Positions 42,077-54,000 of a DNA stretch of 64,000 nucleotides are shown here, one piece after another. Below the pieces are notes generated by a model. The model was not told the origin of the DNA. It ran no database searches and saw only the letters and a program-made list of their open reading frames with translations. The DNA lies in contig OZ024742.1 in NCBI GenBank assembly GCA_964016885.1, positions 104,098,001-104,162,000 of the forward strand, written 5' to 3'. A program made the position numbers and the translations under genes. The stretch is from Eledone cirrhosa. Its lineage: Eukaryota. Each line of letters starts with the position of its first letter. Position 1 is the first letter of the stretch.

Positions 42077-42525
42077 ATGGATACATTGAAGCTCCGACAT
42101 CTGGCAACTGACTTGGTAAACACCCACAAAATTATTAACCATCTTGCCAACAACAACCCTGAGCACCTTTTTGATTTCCATGTGTCTAACACACGTGGGC
42201 ATGTCAGAAAACAGCACAGCTCCCATGACTTTCGGAAACATTTTTTCACACTCAGAGTTGCTGAAACATGGAACAAACTACCTGCATCAGTTGTTAGCTG
42301 TCGAGACACTGCATCCTTTAAAACCTCCATGCTTCCTGAGATACGCCAACACTGAACCTGATATCCCCCCTCCATACACACGCACACTGTTCATTTTCCT
42401 GACATTTGTACATTGTTCATTTTCCTGACATTTGTACATTATTCTATATTGTACTATACATACACCTTTGATAAGTTGTAGTGCACCTGAACACTGTACA
42501 CAATAATTTCATTATTATTATTAAT
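42077..42525 (+). mobile_element. CR1-clade LINE 3' end
   Basis: DLVNTHKII...NTRGH...RKHFFTLRVAETWNKLPASVV...SFK, then a 3' UTR ending in (ATT)n. Confidence 0.88.
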
Positions 42526-42576
42526 ATATTTCATCATTGTACTGTGTCGTTTGCTTTGTTATTTCTGTTTATCTGT

Positions 42577-42625
<49 letters not shown>

Positions 42626-43925
42626 TTTCCTGACAAAAGTTGTTCACAGTGAAATTTCATTTCACAATTTTGTAAGTTTACAAAAAAAATAGCCAGTTTG
42701 GACCATTAGTATTTTCCCTTAGTTCATAACTTAAATAACAATAATATAATATGGTTAATATTATTAATGTATTATATTTCTTATATACTTATCTTAAAAT
42801 GCATCTATTATTTAATCCTATAATAAATTTTACCCTATAATAATTTTTAACTAATCCTTATAATAATTTTTGCCCTTAATATTTTCTCTAATTTTACAAA
42901 AAAAATAAAAATGAAATGATAAATTATAGATAAAAAGATAGATATTTATTATATTTAAACTTTTATTGTGAACAGCTCATTGCTGAGTGAAACAAAATGA
43001 TTATTTTCAGGATAAATTATATCTAATAAATATGCATTGAGCACTCTTTTAAAACGATTTTCTTTTATATTTGTAGTAAGAAAAATCAATTATATGTATT
43101 TACATACATATACATACACACAAACTTATATAATTCAAAGGGTAGACCTTGTCACATACTGTGTGTGAGTGTATGTTCTTGAGCAAGACACTTTATTTCA
43201 CATTTCTCCAGTCCGCTCAGCTGGCAAATATGAGATGTACCTACAATTCAAACAGTCAACCTTGTCACACACTGTGTGTGTGTGTGTGAGAGAGGAGGGT
43301 GAGGGATAGAGAGAGAGAGAGAGAGAGATTCGTTATGTCTTTGCTGCGTTACTCTTATAATCCCTTAAAAACAAAGCTCAAGAGAGAGAGAGAGAGAGAG
43401 AGGGAAATATGTGGAGGCCATGTATGACCATGATGGGGAATGTGTGATGAATGTGAGGGTATTGGACAGAAAGGAAATAGTTTACATTATATTGGAGATA
43501 TATTGACTCAGGTTGTTGATGGGTGGGGAGTGAGGGGAACAAACAGAGCTTCAGGAAGGTCACCTGACATACTATGGATGGGGACTGGACATTCCTTATG
43601 GGCCTTGTTGACTTGGAAGACAGTGGAGTAAACACCAGTCTTCCTGTCTGACAGTGGTGGCAGAGGTTAGCATTAAGGTGGTATGGTGGTGGTGGTTAGG
43701 ATTAAGGTGGTATGGTGGTGGTGGTAATAGTGACTATGATAATGGTAGTTGTAGTGTTGGTTGTGGTAGTTATGATGGTGATAGTTGCAGTGAGGATGGT
43801 AGTGGTGGTGGTAGTTAGATTTAGGGTAGTGATGATGGTGGTGGTGGTGATAATAGTAGTAGTAGTAGTAGTAGTGGTGGAGGATGGTAGTGGTGGTGGT
43901 AGTTAGATTTAGGGTAGTGATGATG

Positions 43926-43999
<74 letters not shown>

Positions 44000-46900
44000 A
44001 GTGGTGTTGGTTATAGTATTAATGATAGCAATGATAGTTAGGAATACAATGGCGATGATAATGATGGTGTTGGTTGTGGTAGTAGCAGAGATAATCATGG
44101 TGGTGATAGTAATGATGAAGGTAGTAGTGGTGTTGGATGTGATGAAGGTGGAAGTAGTAGAAATGATGGGGTTAGTGCTGCTGTTAGTGATGGTGGTGGT
44201 GTTGGTTGTGATGACAGTGATAGTGATGATGATGGTAACTTTTGGTGAAAGTGGTGATGGTAGCAATGTTGTTTAACCCTAGGTCAACTCTGAACAAACC
44301 TATGATTACTGCTGTTCTAGCCATGATCATCCTATTTTTTTTTTACTCAGAGATAGTGTGTCTAAGACCATAATATCCAATGGACATTTTTTTTAAAGAT
44401 AGTAATGTTATTTGAAGGGAGACTTGGCTCCAGTTTTCATAGAGTGACCATATAAAGGCTACCTCATAAACATACTGGTGCTGTTGTGTAGATCCATGTC
44501 GGCCCTGATTGACCTGTCCAATGGTTCACAGATAGTCAGTTGAGTGACAAGACATGATCCAAAGATCCATCTTATCATGTACCCTGCACACTCCAACATG
44601 CAGTGATGAATTAGATGGCAAAAGGGCAAGGTGACAGTTAGGATATGTTGCATTTAGCCATTCAAAAAAAAAAAGATTAAGAAAAAGATAAAAAGAGAAA
44701 AGAAAAAAGAAAAATGCAAAAACTGTTAAATTCAGTTTACATTTATCATTTATTACTTGGTATCACATTGTTGTAGCAATAATGATAATGATGTTGACCA
44801 TTTACCTGCTTTTCACACACACAGTACACCTTTCCCATTCAACTCATGAATGCATAGAAAGCTGGACATGCTCAACTACAACTATATACAGCTAAGTGTA
44901 ACTCACTCTCTTCAAAGCCACTCCCATGTCACAATACTTGCTCTTCTACAGTGCTGGTGCCACAACACAAGACACCCAGTCTACACTGTAAGGTGGTAGG
45001 TGTGGTACCATGAAAAAAGTTCCTAGTTAACACTATAAAGTGGATGCTGTTAGGAAAGGTTGCTGTTAGGAAAGCCATAGTCAACCAAGCCCAAAACGGA
45101 TTGTATGAGAAAGATGTGGTTACCTGACCTGTCTAACCTCATAATATAACAGCCCATCTAAACCATGGACGCATGAAAAATAGACATTAAATGGTGATGA
45201 TAATAATGATGATGTTGCAGCCTTGACAAACATTTGACACCAGAGAATAATTGATAAAGTGAATTTAACAGTTTTATGTATTCTTTTCAATGGCTAAAAA
45301 GACTCTTCTGAAATCAAGTCACTTGCCAAACAAGTACAAGTTGTAAATTTTACCTGGTTTTCTTATGTTAGTATTGAGTAACAAAGAATAAAACCACCAA
45401 ACCATGAGTAAAATAAAACAACAAAAATATATTTTAGACAATAGTTACAGTAATTATATTTTCAGTGTTGATGTACCTTCAAAAATTTAAATAATAACAG
45501 TTAAAAATAAAATGAACAACAGCTAAAAGATAGTGAGGACAAGCTTCTGGAATTTAGTGAAGAAATAATTATTTACAGTTTGGATACAGTCCACTGTATA
45601 AGATGGTAGTGCTAGTTCCACAACATAAAACACTCAGTCCACTCTGTAAGGTAATAGAGCCGGAGTCATGATGAAAGCACCCTGTCCACCCTGTGAAGTG
45701 GTGGTGATAGTGCCACAACAAAAAGTATCCAGTCCACTCTGTAAGATGGTAGAGCCAAAATTAAATATAAAGGTTTCCTGTTAATGCTATAAAGTGGTTG
45801 GTGTTAGAAAAGACTAATGTAGAAAACCAGCTGTAGAAAACCAAGCTACAAATGGATCTTATGAATAAGATGTGGTCACCTGACCTGTTTGAAGTTATAA
45901 AGCCCATCTAACCCATGCAAGCATAGAAAATAGATGTCAAATGATAATAATTGAGTAGCTAGCTATTATATCTTAAATTTCTTCTAAATGGTGAAGACAT
46001 ATTCATCCTCAATGTCACTGTTTTTATGCAAACGTTCTATGCTGGCATAAGTTTGACAGGACTTTCTGAGGCAATGTCTTATAACCAGATGCCTTTCTTG
46101 ATACTAACCCTTTAAGTCACTTCTTACAACATGCAGGGATACAGTGTACCTGTGTTGAACCAGATAAGATAACTAGATTACAACACAATATTATCACCTA
46201 TGGTTATTTGTTGTCTGTATTACAGTATCAGTTATTTCCTTTTGGTATTACATCATGAAACCTTTCAATATATATATCATGGTAGTATATATTCCATGTT
46301 TCTGTACAATGTTATAACATTTGTTACCTCTAGCTCATATTATCTTCTGTGGTTATCTACAGCTTATATTACAATCTTAATTAAATTTTGTAGTACAACA
46401 TGGTTGAATCTATAATAGTAAGAGACCTCTTTTATTTTGGGTCCCCAAACCACCTCTCTACTCACTGCTATCAGGGCAGAGTTGACCACCTTCATGAGTG
46501 AGCTACACAAGTTGAACTGGATAACCTTCTTCACTCTCCTCTGGGGTAATGCTTACTCCATTCTGTCCACTGAGACCTTCAAGTGGATTGTGCCTGGGGT
46601 TCTGTGCACCAAACGGCATTCTCTCACATCGTCCAAGTATGTATCATTAGAGTAGTGATGGCAGAGGCTGCTAATATTTATAACTAAACACACATTTACC
46701 TACACAGTATTAAGCTTGACTTTTTATATGAAAAATAAACACCAAACAGTGAATAAAAATCAGTTACCAGGAGTTGTAATTTGTATCTAACATGTCACTA
46801 GTTATTGTTTGAAGTAAAAATTTGGTTATCTTAAATATGTCACTAAAACACATGGTTGCCTCAAGTATACATATGCCATAACTATAGTTACTATAAAGAT

Positions 46901-48166
46901 ATGTATTAACTAAAATTTTCAAAACAACCTGTTGATATACTGTATTAACTACATGTATTCTAACATGTATTAACAGAAGTTTGTAATGCAAGCTGTTGTT
47001 CATTAAAATTCATATTAATCTAATTGTTACCTAAAATATATAATATAATTTGTTAATTAAAATTCTTATTAATAGTGTGGTCACCCATAGTTACATAATA
47101 TTGATATGTATAGCTTTTATAACCATCTGTACTCATCAACTATAAGCTAATAAGTACATATTAACTATAAATTGATATCATAACATGAAGGTAACCAAAC
47201 AATCTATTTCTGAATATTTGTTTCAAATTTAGGTACAAAGCCAGTAGTTATTATATTGAGCCCAGATGGATGAAAGACAAAGTTGGCCTTGGCAGGACTT
47301 GAACTCAGAATGTAAACAATCATAAATAAATAGAGCAAAGCATTTTATCCAACACTCTACCAATACTGCCAATCCGCCACCTTTCTATTTCTAAATAATA
47401 CAACAGTTACTTTCATTATCAAGTATTTGGTTCTGTTTCTGTAACTCACTCCTCCCCCACCTACCTTTAATGAAAAAGAATTATTTCTAATGGAAGAGAG
47501 CATATAAAAATATGGTTACCCTAATCTGAAATAACAGATCAGTCATTATCTCCTTCCCCCTGCTCTGTCACACCCATTTTCTGCTTCAAATGTATGGAAT
47601 GCAATTCCCCAATCTTTAGTGATATAATGGCACAAAAAGATGCATTGTCTTTCAAATAAGTTATGTGTGTGTGTCCCTCTTGCTCTATATATATGCATAT
47701 AGTTTTGTGTGTGTGTATATATTCCTAACGATTCCTAACGATCGACTTTCGTCAAATCGGACCGAGGAAACAGTGTTTCCATTGGTCTTTCCAATTGCTA
47801 ATACTATCTATCGGTCGCAACTCCAGGTAGAAGGAGCAACGTGAAATAAAGTGTCTTGCTCAAGGACATAACGCATCGCCCGGTCCAGGAATCGAACTCA
47901 CAACCTCACGATTGCGAATCCAGTTCTCTAACCACTCAGCCACACACCTTCACTTTATATATATATACATATACACGTTCATATATATATGCATATATAT
48001 ACACACACACACACATTATATATATATGTGTTAAAATTATGTACAGTAGTTGTATTAAATTGGTTCACTCAACCAATATTAATGTTAGTTTCAGTGATGC
48101 CAAGCTTCGGGTAGAATCCAGCAACAGAAAAATCAGTAAATCCAATAAAAATTTCAACTTTTCTTC

Positions 48167-48288
48167 TCAGTAATCAAGTCCATAGCCAAGTCCACTCCAT
48201 CTGTCCGGAACAGGGGGGAAGTATCGATCCATGGCTTCTAAGAACCGACTCTTGTATAATTCAGGAAACACAACCGTTGGCATTTTAG
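48167..48288 (-). CDS. PIKFYVE: PIKfyve terminal coding exon (S)KMPTVVFPELYKSRFLEAMDRYFPPVPDRWSGLGYGLDY*
   Basis: tttcag acceptor, TGA at 48169-48167. Closely resembles the vertebrate PIKfyve C-terminus. Confidence 0.96.
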
Positions 48289-50968
48289 CTGAAATTATAC
48301 AAAAAAATAACAAGATTATGAATACGATTAAATGAAACTACACAGGAGTTGTGGAAATTGTGTAATAGAATTTGAAACAAATCTGTAATTATTATAAAAC
48401 TTACAGGCACCACCTAGAATTCCTGTGGCTTTTACAACCATCTCGAGCTTTTTATCCCAAGTGAATGTTCGAATGTAATCTGAAATATAGATATTGGGAC
48501 AATTAAAATAGCCAATTGGATTCAGCTACAGGTGAAACTCTTTTTTGAAGCAAGTATTTCAAAGGTTATAGCAGTACACTGGTAAGTCATTGTTATTTAG
48601 CCCTAGGTCAGTTCATTCTAGTTGTGATCATCTTGCCTTTATTTCTGGCAGTGTATTTAGCCAGAAGGTGATCTTCAACATGCACTTGATAGATTTGATG
48701 CCATGTGCTGCATGACAGGAATGAAAATTAGTGCATCCAAGACTGAGACACTTGTTCCCTCAAGGAACACTTGTTCCCTCAAGGAAACCTGTGCAGTGTA
48801 CTCTTCATGTGAATGGAGTTCCGCTTAAGCAGGTGGAGAAGTTCAAGTATCTTGAGACCATGGAGGTAGGAGGCTGAATAAAGTGCAATTCTTGCAGGAT
48901 CTGGTGCATTAATACACCAGCTTCAGCATCCAGTAATCAGAAAAAGGGTGGTAGGTGTAAAAGCCAAACTGAATCGACAATGAAGAATAAGAAGGATGAT
49001 GTTATCTAGGTTGACATTATCTATTAAATCCTTCATTTTTAATCCCTTTGATAGCAGCCAACTGATACTGCCCCTGGTTCTATGATACAGAACTGTTTCC
49101 TTTAAAGGGATTATATTTATCTAAAAACCTTCCTTCATAATTTTATGTATGAACCTTTGTTATGATATACCCTCAAAATCAGTTGAATAATTATAAAGTT
49201 CGCTATATTACTAAATTCATCCAAATTTCTGATTATATTCAAAATAATTTGAAAACCATTGGCAGAGTTTTTCATTAGAAATATAGTAAAGAAAGACTTG
49301 TCCTTTTTTTGTAAGGTATGAATGGAAGGATATTTAGCTGATAATTTTAACTGGGTAAGCAACCACACAATAGCTCCCAATTGGTTCATCACGTACATTG
49401 TTGGAATTTTGAATTCCTCATGGTAAGTATATTTTTTTTCAACAAACTTTTTTTTATGGCTTAGGGAAAGAAGAACAGCTCCTATGACCCCTTCAGACTG
49501 GATACTGGGGCTGAGTACTCGAAACAGAATGGAGTATACTAATGGTGCTAAATTTCCAAGTGATGGTATTAAGCCTAATGATAGTTTATGTCTACTACAC
49601 AAGAGCAGGTTCAATCATCCAATAGGCTTGGGTTAACTTGAGGTTTTTGTAGATATATTTGCCAAGGTGGCAGACAGGAAGATAAACATAGAACTACATA
49701 ACTGTGGACTAAGTGGACAGGAAAAAAATTGATTAAAAAAACTCTACTCACCTATAATACCAACCACCAATTCTTTCATTTGATCATCCTGTCCAACCAA
49801 CAAAGAATAATCCATGATGAAATTGCTGGCTAGAAATTTTGAATCACTATCAATAGCCTGAGCTAAGACAGCTTTAGAATGAGGCCTGATATAGAGGGGT
49901 GAGTCAATACTGACTGTAAGAGAGAGAGATACATAGATATAAGAGACAGATAAATAAAACTGAAATTTTATAGACTAGACAACCTTCCCAAGTTAAAGGT
50001 AAAAAAAATGTAATAGGATGCAAGAAGGCAAAGAAGAGGAAGAAGGCAAAGAAGAAGAAGAAGGCAAAGAAGAGGAAGAAGAAGGCAAAGGCAAAGAAGA
50101 AGAAGAAGGCGAAGGCGAAGAAGAAGAAGGCGAATAAGAAGAAGAACCACCACTACCACCATCATCACCATCGCCACCATCTATATCAATAGCCGCAAAA
50201 AAATCATTAATTTTATTACATTGTACCTTAGCAAAACAGTTACAAACATAAAGAACAAAAACCACAACAGTCTTTTGTTTTTTGTTGAGCCGTCATAATA
50301 GTTTTAAAAGTATTCCTATTTTAACCAGTTATTTTCTGGTATCACTGAAAACTTACCTTGAAGAAAATTCTGGTCTAATAACACCTCTTCCTCTTGTTTA
50401 CCAGATAAATTAACTAATCGATTTCGAACAGATCCTTTCAAATCAAATGTCTGGAATTAAAAAAAAATTTTTGACAAACATTTAATAAAGTTGAATAAAA
50501 CAATTCACAATTACGTGGTTGGATGGTTCTACAGATTTATATTTACATATACATGTATAAATTGTAATGAAATGAAAGTGATACCTAATTGTTTCTGTGT
50601 AATATGCTTGTCTAAAGATACAACACAATTACCACAGCAAATTTGAGTGGGATGCTAAGTGAACCTTCTCTGATTTCCCTTCCCCATCAAACCCATACTG
50701 CCCCACCTTAAAACTCACATCTCTGATTCACATTTCCCATCCAACTCAGGCCAACACAGAAAGCCAGACACATGCCACCCTCATGACCCAGCACTTTCTC
50801 TCCCGCAGTGGGATATCTATCTACCCCATCCTCCTCAGCAAATAGCATATAGCTTGAAGAACACACTGAGCAGCCTAGTGCTGGTTGTAAGGAGGTAGTA
50901 CTGGTGCCACAATAATATGCACCCAGCCTACTCTGTAAAGTGGTAGTACCAATGCCACATATATATAT

Positions 50969-51009
<41 letters not shown>

Positions 51010-54000
51010 AAGAGAGAAGGGGGGGGGGGGAGAAAGAGGTATAATCCAATAATCCCAATTGTGGTACCAAGCGGTTTCAGCTTGTATGTTCAGTAAGCCT
51101 TTTCAGCACCACAAACTCTCACTCTTTGTGTGTGCGAGAGAAAGAAGCAGAAAAGAAAACAATGTTGTTCTTTGATAATAAATGGTTATTCAATTGAATA
51201 CCACAATACATATAAAAGGAAAAAAAACTGCAACATTAAGCAACACAGAATTAGAAAATAAAAATAATAATGTATGTTGTTCACCTGAGAGAATTTTCGG
51301 TTATATAATAAGTTCTCCATCACCAACAAATCCTGTTTCATTACTGTACTGGTTTGATTGTTACGAAAACCTATGGTGTAGACTCCAAGTATTTTAGCAA
51401 GAACTGTTGGTTTCTGATAAACAAAATTAAAAAAAAACAAAAAAAACCTTGAAATCTTTATACCGTATTTATGCAACAGCATCCTTTTAGGGTTGATAAA
51501 GTACCAGTTAAGTACTGGGGTCAATATAATCAACTTTCCTCTTCCCTCAAATTGCTGGCCTTGTGCCAAAATTATAAACCAATATTATTATTGGTGTGTG
51601 TTCATTATCAAAATAAATTTCCTGATCAGAAGAGCTGCATTCCACAGTGCAGCAGTTTTTTTTTGTAAATGCACAAACTGCCTGTCTTTTACCATAAACT
51701 TAATTTCACCCAAGCTTTGTGAGTAGAGTGGAAGCTGGTCAGATAGGTTGTACCTGTAATTCAAAGGTCCAGTCTTGTCCCATGCCGATTCTGCCTAAGG
51801 ATTACATAAGGGTATACATATCTATGGTATACTCAGCCACTTTCAAGGTAATTCAATGAGCAAGTAGGCCAGTTGATTGAATAAGTTAATACTCACTGTC
51901 GGACCTGACATGGAGGTGTATGTAAATGCTTTAATTAGGCGGTAATTGATTTGTACTAGAATTTTTAATTACATCTTTTACAATTAGTGCTGGTGCCATG
52001 ATAAAATGCACCCAACCCACGCTGTAAAGTGGTAGTGCCGTACCATCTAAAAGATACCCAGTGCACTCTGTCAGATGGTAGTGGTGGTACTATGAGAAAA
52101 TGAACTTTTGTGAAGTATTTGGTGTTAGGAAGGTTATCTAGACATAGAAACCATGCCAAAATGGAAAGTATGAACAAGATGCAGTCAGCTGACCTACCTG
52201 TCTCACCTCAGAATGTGACATGTCTTAACCCATACAAGCATGGAAAATGGACATAAATTGGTAAGGATAATAATGATGATGGTGATAAACTCCATTATAG
52301 GAAAGATTTTGTAAAGAGAAATTTGAGCCCCCACCAAAATATCATACAAATCAAACCTAACCAACCTAAAACTATCATAAGGAAGGACACATTGGGCCAT
52401 ACAAATCACATTTTATGATCATAAAATCTAAAAAAAGGAAGAACACATTGGATAATGTTTTCATTGATTCGCCAAGTCTGAAAAGAAAAAAGACAGTACG
52501 ATCATGGCTGGAATGCTTGTGATCATAGGTCAGCTGGATCAAGGCTGGAATGCTTGTGATCATAGGTCAGCTGGATCAGGGCTGAGCAACATTAACCAAC
52601 CCTTTCATTACTATATTTCTAATGAAGTACACTGTCTCTGTGTTTGAATTTATTTTGAAAGTAATCCAAAATTTGCAGGAATTTAATAAAATTAAATTTT
52701 TCATTAATACTGTATGTACTCAAATATAAGCCAAACCAAATATAAGCTGACTCCCCTATTTTATGTCTGAGAAATAGGTGAAAATCCAAACCCCATTTAT
52801 TAACCGAGGCAGCTGATCGATACATTGTTCAGATGGTGAATATAAGCTGACCCCGCTCCCCCATTTTACCATCAATGTTTTGGTCACATATTCCTTGGCT
52901 TATATTCAAGTACATATGGTAAGCTGATATTTAGAACATTACTTAACAAAAATTTCTAAAATAAAATCATGGTGGAAGTAAGAATAAACATTTTAAAATG
53001 AGCAGTTTTGTATTATAAATCTAGGGCAGTTTTAGGTGGTTTGGTATTAAAAGGGTTAATCTACAATCTAGTTTATGTTTTTCACACAACAGCTACTTCA
53101 AATCCACGATGATGATGGTGATTTGAAACAGCTGAGTTAGTAAACAATGAGATGCTGCCAAAGACACATCAACAACCTTATCAGTTTTGTTACTAAGTAC
53201 ATCAATGAGGAATAAGCACCATGCAGTCACCTTATATCTTTAGGAGTGATATTATAAACTAGAAACTCATATGAAAAGCTGTATGTTGGTGTGCAGTAAG
53301 AATAAAGAAAAGACTAATATATTTTAGCAAGGAGGAGGAGAAAGATTCTGTACCAGTATTTGATTATTTTTATGAAGAGAGCCATCAAGAATAACATGGA
53401 AGCAACAGAGAGGGCTGAAGAGAAGTGACCAATGGGGTTAGTATATATGAATCCCACTTGAGCACAGACTGAGGCTTGATCAACCTCAGTTGTTAGAGGA
53501 GGATTCTGTGTCAAATGCCAGGTACTACCTTTTCAACTTCAACTCATAGTACATCAATATAAACCTTATCTGAAGAAGCCTCTATGTGGTCATTCAACCT
53601 GCTAAAAAAAGCAACCAAATCTCCCTCAAATGAGACATATTGTATAAAGGAATTCCAGAGACATTATGTTTAGGAGAGGAAAAAAACAGGATGTTCAGGG
53701 TTAGAACACCTTTGGTCATAGGTCTGCTTGATCAGGATTGATCCCGGGTTTTCCTTCTAATTTAATTCAAACAATGCAGAAGACCATTACAAGCCTACCA
53801 ATTTCAGTGATTATTTGTAAGGGCCAAGGTAGCTGCTAGATAGTCACTCAACCTGTTTGAAATAGCAGTTAAATCTTCTTCCATCTTAAAAAAGTGAAGG
53901 ACACATTGAATAATATATGTTTTGAAATAAGACAGGATGGTCACAGCTGAAATGTCTTTGATCAAACGTCTATGAAATCAAGTCAGGCCTGGCTAAGCAA

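Noticed and set aside
43673-44276. Poly-Thr/poly-Val ORFs resembling a mucin or membrane protein
   Set aside because: (GTA/GTG)n trinucleotide field with no splice or homology support. The same applies to 29036-29602 and 49968-50265.
44459-44653. Unique-looking 64-aa ORF as an exon of a hidden gene
   Set aside because: No recognisable motif or convincing splice sites in the frames checked.
49135-49614. 159-aa minus-strand ORF inside PIKfyve
   Set aside because: It lies in an intron between exons that join exactly and partly overlaps a TTAA-type MITE.
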